A stretch of DNA of 62,166 bases, from contig CACEWE010000004.1 of assembly GCA_902563055.1 (NCBI GenBank), positions 1 to 62,166 of the forward strand, in the 5' to 3' direction. The translations under genes and the position numbers were made by a program. Under the pieces are notes generated by a model that worked only from the letters and a program-made list of their open reading frames with translations, made no database searches and was not told where the DNA came from. The DNA comes from an uncultured Gammaproteobacteria bacterium. Lineage in GTDB: Bacteria; Pseudomonadota; Gammaproteobacteria; Francisellales; CACEW01. Of this stretch, positions 30,188 through 39,155 are shown in pieces (positions within the stretch are counted from its first letter, which is position 1; each line of letters opens with the position of its first letter).

Positions 30188-31661
30188 TTTTTTTATCCTT
30201 TTGTGCTAAAACGTGCTGGGCAAAGGCACGCTCATCATAAGCCTCTCCTCCACAAGCTTGGTACTGCTGTGTTTCATGGCCTTTGCCTAGTAAAACCACC
30301 GATGTGTTTTCACCTGCGCTGCTAATAGCTTGTTGAACTGCTTCAGGGCGGCTATGGATCCAATGAATAGGCTTCTGCGCACTAAAGCCCTTTTTAATAT
30401 CTGCAAAAATAGTCTCCAATGCTTCACTTCGACTATTATCTTCGGTAACAAAGATTGTATCGGCATATTGCTCAACTATTTGTGCCATATGGGGGCGTTT
30501 TGTGCGGTCACGATCTCCACCACAGCCAAATACAACCGTTAAAGGTCCTGTTGATTGTGATTTCACATACTTCAAAACTTTTAAAAAAGCATCACCAGTA
30601 TGGGCATAATCCACCCATACTTGGATATGGTCTTTACCCTTGTAACATTCCATCCGCCCCGGTGGGCAACACAGCGTATCAAGTGCATCAAACATACTTT
30701 GGCATGGCTTGTGGTATTGGGCCACCACCGCAAAAGCAAGCAACTGATTATGGCGCATAAAAGGTGCAATAGATGAAAATTTCTTTTTAAAAACCTCATT
30801 GCCACAGCGAACTTGATGATAGGCTTCATCTTGTTTGGTCATGACAAAATCAGCATAGGCTTCCTGGGTGCTCACCAAGCGCAATTGGGTCTGTACTTTA
30901 AGGGCCTTGCACATAATTTCACTATAGGGACAATCGCTATTAATCACCGCTTTTTTTAAGCCAGGATGGGCAAATAACTGTGCTTTGGCTGCAGCATAGT
31001 CCTTGATAGAGCCATGATAATCAAGGTGCTCTGGACTTAAGTGGGTATAAAGTGCCAAATCAATACGAAGACCCTCAAGCCGACCCTGGGTGATTGCATG
31101 AGAAGAAGCTTCAAGAATAATAAAGTCTACATGTGCGGCTTGCTCTTGAATAAAGCGATAATTTGAAAAAACATCTGCTGTGGTTTGACTACTTGGCTGG
31201 AGCTGATCGGGCCAAACCCCACTTGCTACGGTTGTGGCTAAGGCAAGCTTATAGCCTAAATGCGCTAATAAACCCGCGATATAATAACAACAAGAAGTTT
31301 TGCCATTGGTACCCGTTACAGCAATTACACGCGCAGAACCATACTCAATGGGATAATAAGCGCCAGCAATAGTGGCAAGTTGTTGATCTAATTGCGCAAC
31401 ACCAACATGAAGACAGCCCTGTTTGAGATCAATGCTATTTTCTGGTGCTTGATACAGTACCGCAGCTGCGCCATTTTTTATTGCCTCTGGAATATAGTCA
31501 CGGCCATCATATTTTTGGCCCTTATAAGCTACAAACACATCTCCTGGGCAAAGATTAGCGCTGTGCATAATCAGATTTTTGGTTTCTAACGCATCTATAT
31601 TGTAGCTTGTGTGAATGGAGATATCTAAAGCCTGTAAAACGGCAAGCAGTGGCGGCATCAT
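30174..31661 (-). CDS. murE: UDP-N-acetylmuramoyl-L-alanyl-D-glutamate--2,6-diaminopimelate ligase MurE
   Basis: 'VTGTNGKTS', 'DYAHTGDA' and 'GCGGDRD(R)TKR'. Confidence 0.9.
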   Translation of the reverse strand: MMPPLLAVLQALDISIHTSYNIDALETKNLIMHSANLCPGDVFVAYKGQKYDGRDYIPEAIKNGAAAVLYQAPENSIDLKQGCLHVGVAQLDQQLATIAGAYYPIEYGSARVIAVTGTNGKTSCCYYIAGLLAHLGYKLALATTVASGVWPDQLQPSSQTTADVFSNYRFIQEQAAHVDFIILEASSHAITQGRLEGLRIDLALYTHLSPEHLDYHGSIKDYAAAKAQLFAHPGLKKAVINSDCPYSEIMCKALKVQTQLRLVSTQEAYADFVMTKQDEAYHQVRCGNEVFKKKFSSIAPFMRHNQLLAFAVVAQYHKPCQSMFDALDTLCCPPGRMECYKGKDHIQVWVDYAHTGDAFLKVLKYVKSQSTGPLTVVFGCGGDRDRTKRPHMAQIVEQYADTIFVTEDNSRSEALETIFADIKKGFSAQKPIHWIHSRPEAVQQAISSAGENTSVVLLGKGHETQQYQACGGEAYDERAFAQHVLAQKDKKNVLI

Positions 31662-31760
31662 AGACTACTTATTTTTCAATACCACAAGTATAACAAAGCG
31701 CACAAGCTCTGGGTAGAGAGCAATAGCAATAAGATTTTAGAAGATTCTTGTATGTACTTA

Positions 31761-32339
31761 TTACAAATTACTTGCAACAAAATCCCAATTCACAAGATTC
31801 CAAAATGCTTCGATATATTTTGGTCTAGCATTGCGGTAATCAATGTAATAGGCGTGTTCCCACACATCAATGGTTAAGAGGGGCGTGCTATCGCCTTGCA
31901 ATGGACAGTGTGCATTAGAGGTATTTTCAATGGCTACGCTACCATCTGCTTTTTTCACAAGCCAAGTCCAGCCAGAACCAAAATTTGTCGCCGCGCTTTT
32001 TGAAAAGGCTTCTTTAAAGCTTTCAAAATCACCAAAAGCAGCATCTATTGCATCAGCAAGTAAGCCTGATGGTTTACCACCACCATTTGGGCTTAAGCAC
32101 TGCCAATAAAAGCTGTGATTATAAACCTGGGCAGCATTATTAAAAAGGCCACCTTGGGCTTTTTGAATAATGGTCTCTAGGGAAGTTTCATTTTCAAATT
32201 CCGTGCCTTGTACTAGATTATTGAGGTTTGTAACATAGGTTTGGTGATGCTTGTTATAGTGGTACTCAAGCGTTTCACAGGAAATATGTGGCTCTAAGGC
32301 ATCTTTTTCATAAGGCAATTCTGGTAAAGTAAAAGGCAT
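31761..32339 (-). CDS. sodB: Fe/Mn superoxide dismutase (Fe-type likely)
   Basis: 'LPELPY', '[10 protein letters not shown]' and '[13 protein letters not shown]'. GGAGG lies 5 nt upstream of ATG 32339; the ORF opens at 32351. Confidence 0.95.
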   Translation of the reverse strand: MPFTLPELPYEKDALEPHISCETLEYHYNKHHQTYVTNLNNLVQGTEFENETSLETIIQKAQGGLFNNAAQVYNHSFYWQCLSPNGGGKPSGLLADAIDAAFGDFESFKEAFSKSAATNFGSGWTWLVKKADGSVAIENTSNAHCPLQGDSTPLLTIDVWEHAYYIDYRNARPKYIEAFWNLVNWDFVASNL

Positions 32340-32420
32340 AAGGTCCTCCAAATTAGTTGTAATCTAGCAAATTGGGGTATATTATACGCCGAAGTTTACA
32401 ATTGTCTAGAGGAAAAACCC

Positions 32421-32753
32421 ATGAGCGCAGAAACAGAAAATTTAATCAAAGAACAAATCAAACAAAATTCTATTTTACTTTACATGAAAGGCACACCTCA
32501 AATGCCTGAGTGTGGATTTTCATCTCGCGTATGCCAAGCTATGATGGCTTGTGGTGTAGAGTTTGCATTTGTAGATGTATTAAGCAACCCTGAAATTCGC
32601 GGTACGCTTCCCAAAGTTGCCAACTGGCCTACTTTTCCACAATTATGGGTTAATGGCGAACTTATTGGCGGCTGTGATATTGTGTGCCAAATGCATGAAG
32701 AGCAAAGCCTTGCGCCTTTATTGCAAAATGCTGAAAAAGAAGATAAGTCATAA
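32421..32753 (+). CDS. grxD: Monothiol glutaredoxin Grx4/GrxD
   Basis: 'LYMKGTPQMPECGFS' CGFS active site and 'WPTFPQLWVNGELIGGCDI'. Confidence 0.9.
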   Translation: MSAETENLIKEQIKQNSILLYMKGTPQMPECGFSSRVCQAMMACGVEFAFVDVLSNPEIRGTLPKVANWPTFPQLWVNGELIGGCDIVCQMHEEQSLAPLLQNAEKEDKS

Positions 32754-32879
32754 TTCAAAATTATAGCTTGATAAAAATTAGTGTCGCTTTAAAGCTGCAG
32801 GAGAAATCACACTTAGTGTATGGAACTTGTAAACTTTAATAAAACTCATTACATTTAGCAAAAAAAGAAAGTTATTGTT

Positions 32880-33317
32880 ATGGAAGTTTTTGTTTTCATA
32901 GTAAAGTTGTTAAGTCTTATAAGTGCTATTTTTCTGTTTGGCTTTATCATAACATGTTATGTACTATGGTATTATCTATTGCGGCACGATATGGCTAACA
33001 AGAAAAACCTTAAAGGTTTATTCCGTGCCGAGCATTTTGCAATGGGTTTAACCGCTTTGCAATTTTTTCTTAGTGTACTAAATCTGCTTTTACAAGGTCA
33101 TGCCTTAATAACACCATCTATAAATACGGCCATAGTGCTACTTGTCGCTATTGCCATACTAGTCCAAGTAGGCTTTTCACTTAAAAAGTCCCTGGTAAAG
33201 CGCCGAAGAAATATCTATATTATGATGATTCATATAGTAGAACTACTGAAAATTGTTGGATCTTTAATGCTCATATACGAACTAATGCTAGAACATACTT
33301 TTATGTGGTTTATCTAG
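32880..33317 (+). CDS. Hypothetical membrane protein
   Basis: 145-aa ORF with four hydrophobic helices and no known motif. Confidence 0.45.
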   Translation: MEVFVFIVKLLSLISAIFLFGFIITCYVLWYYLLRHDMANKKNLKGLFRAEHFAMGLTALQFFLSVLNLLLQGHALITPSINTAIVLLVAIAILVQVGFSLKKSLVKRRRNIYIMMIHIVELLKIVGSLMLIYELMLEHTFMWFI

Positions 33318-33541
33318 TACAAAGCGTTGCTAAAACCCTCGCTATGCAATGGTTCATGATTCTTACATCGTACTTATATCTCAAAAGCATGGGCAGTAAT
33401 ACTTGCATTTATTAGCGATTCAGTTATGATCTAGGCCATCAATATCAAACTTAGATTTTTACAAAAAAAGCCTTATGTTCTTACCTAACGTATTAACTCA
33501 ATTTCTTCAAATGGTCTTCTGCCATCCCTTAAGGAGCTATA

Positions 33542-33865
33542 ATGACTGATTGTTTATTTTGTGCCATTGCAAAGGGAGAAAAGCCCTGCGACAAAGTATA
33601 TGAAGATGAGCACTGCATTGCTTTTAAAGATATATTCCCCAAAGCACAGGTTCATGTCTTACTCATCCCTAAAAAACATATTAAAAGCTTATTAGAGCTT
33701 GAAGCAGAAGATCATCATTTAATGGGACATTTAAGTTTATGCATTCCTAAAATTGCCAAAGATCTTGGTTTAGAAGAAGGATTTAAAATACAGGTAAACA
33801 CAGGTGTTAAAGGCGGCCAAGAGATAGATCACTTACATTATCATATTTTAGGAAATATAAATTAA
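33542..33865 (+). CDS. HIT family (HinT-like) nucleotide hydrolase
   Basis: Histidine triad 'HLHYHILG' at the C-terminus and 'CLFCAI' at the N-terminus; 107 aa. Confidence 0.85.
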   Translation: MTDCLFCAIAKGEKPCDKVYEDEHCIAFKDIFPKAQVHVLLIPKKHIKSLLELEAEDHHLMGHLSLCIPKIAKDLGLEEGFKIQVNTGVKGGQEIDHLHYHILGNIN

Positions 33866-33941
33866 TTTTTTTTTGCAATCACAATTTTATGAACTAGGCT
33901 TAACAATACGTTAACGCAGCTACAAGGAAAAAGGACGAATC

Positions 33942-34418
33942 ATGGATAGAATGCCCATTACCCAAACAGGTTTTGAAAAACTTAAAGAAGAGCTTGATAA
34001 TTTAAAAAGCCATCAGCGCCCAGCTATTATAGAAGCTATTGCTGAGGCGCGGTCTCATGGGGACTTAAAAGAAAATGCCGAATACCACGCAGCGCGTGAG
34101 CAACAAGGCTTTATTGAAGGTAGAATCAGCGATTTAGAGAGCAAAATACCGCTGGCGCACGTCATTGACCTTAGCGAGGTAAACCCAGGAGATAAAATTA
34201 TTTTTGGGGCAACGGTCACCCTTATGAATATTGATACAGATGATGAAGTGACCTATCAAATTGTAGGTGAATATGAATCAGATATTAAAGCACATAAGAT
34301 CTCGCTTAACTCCCCTATCGCAAGAGCCTTAATAGGCAAACACGAGGGCGATGAGGTTAAAGTTCAAACCCCAGGGGGCATCTTAGACTATGAAATAGTT
34401 ACAGTTGCTTACCAATAA
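33942..34418 (+). CDS. greA: Transcription elongation factor GreA
   Basis: '[23 protein letters not shown]'; 158 aa, matching GreA along its full length. Confidence 0.95.
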   Translation: MDRMPITQTGFEKLKEELDNLKSHQRPAIIEAIAEARSHGDLKENAEYHAAREQQGFIEGRISDLESKIPLAHVIDLSEVNPGDKIIFGATVTLMNIDTDDEVTYQIVGEYESDIKAHKISLNSPIARALIGKHEGDEVKVQTPGGILDYEIVTVAYQ

Positions 34419-34448
34419 AGCCGCAATATAAACCGGTAGTTACAATCA

Positions 34449-34736
34449 TCAAACTTCAAGGATTGTTTTTAAGTTCTCATGTGCGCGAACTGGATTAAAC
34501 TCTATCACTTTATACGCAGCAATACCTTCTTTGTAAAAAGGATCTTGAGCTATTATTTCTTGTGCCTGTTCTTTGCTAAGCAATGCAATAATCATACCAC
34601 CATCACGCGGGTTTTTTGGTCCTGAAGCTAAAAACACACCTTGATCATAATACGTATTTAAAAAATTCCTGTGTGCCTCTAAAAACGCCTCCACCTGATC
34701 AAGTGGTTTTTGGTAGCGTAATTCTATAACAACCAT
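34449..34736 (-). CDS. YciI family protein
   Basis: 95-aa ORF. Its size and the 'HRNFL...GVFLASGP...DGGMII' pattern are typical of YciI-like proteins. Confidence 0.7.
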   Translation of the reverse strand: MVVIELRYQKPLDQVEAFLEAHRNFLNTYYDQGVFLASGPKNPRDGGMIIALLSKEQAQEIIAQDPFYKEGIAAYKVIEFNPVRAHENLKTILEV

Positions 34737-34738
34737 GC

Positions 34739-35194
34739 TTATTGAATATCCGCTGGCGGCATATGGGCGCGATTGGAGCGCAGTTCTCTATCGGTCAGCG
34801 CACAGCTATTGCCTCTAAATCTTACCTGGGTAATGATTTTATGTTTATTATACTGAAACCAGGTTGAACACTGGCTATGATATACCCGCCCAGGCATATA
34901 CGTTCCGCCAGTTTGTGAAATAGTGGTATTACCATTATCAGTATTAACTGTGGTAAATTGTGGTGTTATCATCGCAGGCGTTTGCTCAATCGATTCTTGT
35001 TTATACACATACACTCCGTCTCCATTTGGTGCTTTAACGTGTTTATCAGGGTAACCCCACTGCGCCACAAGATTATTGAGCGACTGGCCTTGCCATGAGC
35101 GCGCCATAATCTGATAATTTTGCACCGTTGCACAGCCTGTAAAGACCATAGGTAGTAAAAAAAGCAGCGATAGTTTGAATATTTTAGCCATCAT
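34739..35194 (-). CDS. Lipoprotein, function unknown
   Basis: Start 'MMAKIFKLSLLFLLPMVFTGC' carries a lipobox and is preceded by AAGGAG. The longer ORF opens at 35224. Confidence 0.6.
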   Translation of the reverse strand: MMAKIFKLSLLFLLPMVFTGCATVQNYQIMARSWQGQSLNNLVAQWGYPDKHVKAPNGDGVYVYKQESIEQTPAMITPQFTTVNTDNGNTTISQTGGTYMPGRVYHSQCSTWFQYNKHKIITQVRFRGNSCALTDRELRSNRAHMPPADIQ

Positions 35195-35295
35195 GGACTC
35201 CTTATTGTTCCGCCTGCATGTCATGACAAAGTTTATCCATTCAAGCAGCGTATATGCATGGTTTAACCATCATTTTATTACACAGGTTCTTTATC

Positions 35296-36378
35296 TTATA
35301 CATATTGATGCATTTGTCCAGTAGCTAGGGGATATTGCATGGTATCGGCATGATCTTGCCAGCTAGGATAATGGCTCGCATCAATGGCCGTAGCAATCAC
35401 TTGACCTTGGATGCGTTCTAAAACCGCTAGAATTTTTTCAAAATGACGTCCATCTAATTCGGCACTAATATCATCAAGCAAAAATAAAACTTTGCGTTGA
35501 TGACTTTCACTTAACTGCAGACCTTGGGCGAGTTTCATCGCGCAAATAATGAGTTTTTGCTGCCCCCTAGAGAGCGACTCACGGGCAAGTACCGTGCCTT
35601 TTTTAATACGTACATCCATGCGGTGAGCACCATATTGGCTAAAACCAAAGTGGCGATCTTTTTCCAAGGATTGTTCTAAAGCCTCTGCCAAAGATAATTC
35701 TGCCGGCCAACCGCCATAACACTGCAGGTCAATGTCATACTCTAAACCAAAATTGCATATTAAGTTTGCAATTTGTGGCGTAATGGTTTCAAGGTAACGT
35801 CTGCGATGTTCAAGCACAGTTTCATGAGCAGTAATATAAGCTTGATCCCAGGCTTGGATATGTGCTTTAGAGGCTTGGGCTTTAAGCGCACTATTTCTTT
35901 GGTTTAATAAAGCATTAGCACGGCGCCAGTGCTGAATAAATTGTGGATCTTCATAACAACACCCCCAATCGAGCCACTTACGACGCAGCATAGAGCCTTC
36001 GGTTAAAAGTTTAAAACTTTCTGGAACCAGTAATATACAGGGTAAATAAGCGACAATTGCCGCGGCACCTTGGTGATTTTGGCCATCAAGACGCATTTGC
36101 GAATCTTGGCTACGATGACGCATTAGCCCAAGCTTATGGGATTCTTCTTGAACCAGAAACTCCATATAAATCTGAAAAGATTCTTGGTTTTCTTGTATAA
36201 GGCGATGATTAGTATTAGTACGAAACGAGCGCTGCACAATAGCATAGTAAATAGCCTCTAGCACGCTGGTTTTACCGCTACCATTATTGCCAACAATTAA
36301 GGTACAACGTTTGTCAAAGTCTAAGGCCAAGCGCTTAAAATTACGAAAATGATCAATAACAAGGCGCTCAAGCAACAT
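35296..36378 (-). CDS. recF: DNA replication and repair protein RecF
   Basis: Walker A 'GNNGSGKTSVLEAIY', signature 'SRGQQKL' and Walker B 'LLDDISAELD'. Confidence 0.9.
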   Translation of the reverse strand: MLLERLVIDHFRNFKRLALDFDKRCTLIVGNNGSGKTSVLEAIYYAIVQRSFRTNTNHRLIQENQESFQIYMEFLVQEESHKLGLMRHRSQDSQMRLDGQNHQGAAAIVAYLPCILLVPESFKLLTEGSMLRRKWLDWGCCYEDPQFIQHWRRANALLNQRNSALKAQASKAHIQAWDQAYITAHETVLEHRRRYLETITPQIANLICNFGLEYDIDLQCYGGWPAELSLAEALEQSLEKDRHFGFSQYGAHRMDVRIKKGTVLARESLSRGQQKLIICAMKLAQGLQLSESHQRKVLFLLDDISAELDGRHFEKILAVLERIQGQVIATAIDASHYPSWQDHADTMQYPLATGQMHQYV

Positions 36379-36386
36379 AGCTATGC

Positions 36387-37490
36387 TTATAGGCGCATAG
36401 GCATCACTACAAAAAGCTCATTTTCAGCAGAAGGAGTGGTTAGACGCGCACTACTGTTAGCATCTTGCAAAGAAAAATGCACGGTTTCATCTTCAACCGC
36501 AGAGAGTATATCTAAGAGGTAATTAACGTTAAAGCCAACATCGATCTCGCCACCTGTGTATTGAACACCGATACAATCTTCTGCCTGACCTTGCTGGGCA
36601 TTATTAGCATAGAGTTGAATTTTATTTGCAGAAAATTTCATACGAATACCACGGTATTGCTCATCAGATAAAATAGCGGTACGCTTGAGCGCATCACGCA
36701 AGGTGTGCGTATTGGCAACTAAAGTGTTGTTACAGGCATCAGGAATAACACGTTGGTAATCGGGATAACGCGCATCTACAAGTTTAGAGGTAATAGTGGT
36801 TTCCCCTTGTTGCACTTGAATATGGTGATGACCAAAGGATAAAGTCACTTGGGTATCATCTTGCGCTAAAAGCTTAAGCATTTCATTTACGGCTTTTTTA
36901 GGTACCAATAATTGTATTTTTGGTAAAGTAGATTCGATATTGGCTTTAGATAAAGCTAAGCGGTGACCATCAGTGGCAACGGCAGAAATATGTCCTTCTC
37001 CTACTTCTAATAACAGACCATTTAAAAAGTAACGCACATCGTCATTGGCCATAGAAAAAGCAGTTTTTTTCAATAATTTGTATAAGTCTTCGCTAGAGAG
37101 AGTAAGAGATTGATCAAGCAATTGTGCATCAACACTAGGATAGGTCTCATGTGGCAAAATAGCTAAAGAAAACTGACTATCGCCAGAAGTAATACGGATG
37201 TTTTGCTCTTTTTCCTGAATAGTAATATCGGCATTTGCTGGCAAGCTTTTACAAATATCAAATAATTTACGTGCTGGAATCGCCACACTACAAGCCTCAA
37301 AATCACCGATTAAGGGTGCCGTTGCAGTAATTTCTATTTCTAAGTCGGTTGCTTGAAGGCGCAGGGTATTGTCTTGTACCTGCAGTTTGACATGACTTAA
37401 AATAGGCATGGTTTGGTTGCGCTCCACTACAGAACTAACTTGTTGTAATGGGCCTAAAAGTGTTTCTCTATTGATGGTGATATTGAACAT
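36387..37490 (-). CDS. dnaN: DNA polymerase III beta sliding clamp DnaN
   Basis: About 367 aa, 'MFNITINRETLLGPLQ...', matching DnaN along its full length. AAGGA lies upstream of ATG 37490; a TTG alternative is at 37496. Confidence 0.95.
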   Translation of the reverse strand: MFNITINRETLLGPLQQVSSVVERNQTMPILSHVKLQVQDNTLRLQATDLEIEITATAPLIGDFEACSVAIPARKLFDICKSLPANADITIQEKEQNIRITSGDSQFSLAILPHETYPSVDAQLLDQSLTLSSEDLYKLLKKTAFSMANDDVRYFLNGLLLEVGEGHISAVATDGHRLALSKANIESTLPKIQLLVPKKAVNEMLKLLAQDDTQVTLSFGHHHIQVQQGETTITSKLVDARYPDYQRVIPDACNNTLVANTHTLRDALKRTAILSDEQYRGIRMKFSANKIQLYANNAQQGQAEDCIGVQYTGGEIDVGFNVNYLLDILSAVEDETVHFSLQDANSSARLTTPSAENELFVVMPMRL

Positions 37491-37502
37491 CCGCAAGGGT
37501 CC

Positions 37503-38852
37503 TTATGTGGTTAATGAACGAATTAGGTTAGCATAATCTTCTGCAATGTTTAAGTCTGTTTCTTTAAATTTTGCAATGGCGCGTACTGCGTGTAACACCG
37601 TGGTGTGATCGCGCCCACCAAAAGCATAGCCAATTTCTGGTAAAGAATGACTTGTAAGTTCCTTAGCCAAGGCCATGCCCAGCTGTCTGGGTCTTGCCAC
37701 AGAACGATTACGCCGTTTAGAGAGTATATCTGCTACTTTAAGTTTATAATATTCGGCTGTGGTTTTAATGATATTGTCTAAGGTGACGAGTTTATCTTGC
37801 AAGGAGATGAGGTCTTTTAAGGTTTCTTTTACAAAATCAGTAGTGATATCGCGGCCGGTAAATTTAGCATTGGCTAATACCCGCTTGAGTGCGCCTTCTA
37901 GCTCACGAACGTTAGAACGAATCCGTTTGGCAATAAAAAAGGCTACTTCGTATTCGAGCTTTACGCCGGCTTGCTCAGATTTATTCATAATAATGGCCAC
38001 ACGGGTTTCTAAATCAGGGGGTTCTATCGCAACCGTAAGGCCCCAACCAAAGCGTGATTTTAAGCGCTCTTCCAAGCCGCTAATTTCTTTAGGGTAGCGA
38101 TCACAGGTCATGATAATGTGTTGATTGCCTTCCATAAGCGCATTAAAGGTATGAAAAAACTCTTCTTGGGAACGATCCTTACCTGCAAAAAACTGTATAT
38201 CATCAATGAGCAAAGCATCTACAGAACGATAGTATTGTTTGAATGCATTAATAGCATTGTTTTGCAAAGCTTTAACCATATCGGCAACAAAACGCTCAGA
38301 GTGTAAATACAAGACCTTGGCATTATTTTTACGTTCTAAAATAGAATTACCCACTGCATGCATTAAATGGGTTTTACCCAGGCCGACTCCGCCGTATATA
38401 AAGAGCGGATTATAGGCACCCGTTTCAGCCACTTGATGGGCGGCAGCGCGGGCAAATTGATTTGATTTACCTTCAACAAAATTGCTAAATATTTTATCTG
38501 GATCCAAGCCACTATCGTGGGCAAAGCTTAGTTGGCTTTTTTTACCACTTGGCGTTGAAGCACGCAACGTCGGCTCTAAGGCTTTTTTAGGCTCCACCGC
38601 TGCTGGCGCAGGTGCTTTAGGGGCGCCAACATGCATGTCTACCTGATGGTTTTGCGGCAAAGATTTGGTAACTTCGAGTATTTGCTGCCAGTAGTTGTCA
38701 CGTACCCAGCGCTCAACAAAGCGATTAGGGGCAAACAGGGATATTTTTTGATTGGCCACTTCCACTTGCAAGGGGCGTATCCAGGTATTATATTCCTGTG
38801 TGGATAACTTTTCTTCCAATTGTGCGCTACAGGCGCTCCAAACCTCACTCAT
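37503..38852 (-). CDS. dnaA: Chromosomal replication initiator DnaA
   Basis: Walker A '[15 protein letters not shown]', '[12 protein letters not shown]', and the C-terminal DNA-binding '[11 protein letters not shown]'. Confidence 0.95.
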   Translation of the reverse strand: MSEVWSACSAQLEEKLSTQEYNTWIRPLQVEVANQKISLFAPNRFVERWVRDNYWQQILEVTKSLPQNHQVDMHVGAPKAPAPAAVEPKKALEPTLRASTPSGKKSQLSFAHDSGLDPDKIFSNFVEGKSNQFARAAAHQVAETGAYNPLFIYGGVGLGKTHLMHAVGNSILERKNNAKVLYLHSERFVADMVKALQNNAINAFKQYYRSVDALLIDDIQFFAGKDRSQEEFFHTFNALMEGNQHIIMTCDRYPKEISGLEERLKSRFGWGLTVAIEPPDLETRVAIIMNKSEQAGVKLEYEVAFFIAKRIRSNVRELEGALKRVLANAKFTGRDITTDFVKETLKDLISLQDKLVTLDNIIKTTAEYYKLKVADILSKRRNRSVARPRQLGMALAKELTSHSLPEIGYAFGGRDHTTVLHAVRAIAKFKETDLNIAEDYANLIRSLTT

Positions 38853-38953
38853 TCAACACCAAACCCTTCACACTCATCAACAAAGGACTCAATCCTAACG
38901 GCTCTTGAAACAAAAATCAAGCAAGAATACCGTTTTTTTCAAGGAATATTTTT

Positions 38954-38998
38954 TGTGGATAACTATGTTGATAAGCTTGTTGATAAACATGTTGATAA
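38954..38998. promoter_or_regulatory. Phased array of four DnaA boxes upstream of dnaA (autoregulatory region and/or part of oriC)
   Basis: A perfect box TGTGGATAA (38954-38962) is followed by three TGTTGATAA boxes at 38966, 38978 and 38990. All four share one orientation and are spaced exactly 12 bp apart. A further perfect TGTGGATAA lies at 38799-38807 inside the dnaA 5' codons. Confidence 0.7.
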
Positions 38999-39080
38999 GT
39001 CACTTTTTAGACAAAAATCACCCGGACGGTCAAAAACCCTCTTAAAAACACAAAAAAACCAAATGCTTGTTAAAAAATAG

Positions 39081-39125
39081 CATTATTTTCCATTTTTTTT
39101 TGATAATCGCAGGTTTTGATCTAAT
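39081..39125. repeat. Direct repeat R, copy 1 (31 bp upstream of orphan gene 1)
   Basis: CATTATTTTCCA-T9-GATAATCGCAGGTTTTGATCTAA. It recurs at 41376-41417 with 3 substitutions and a 2-nt shorter T-run. Confidence 0.75.
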
Positions 39126-39155
39126 CTTACTATACACATTAAAAAATGGCTGAAA

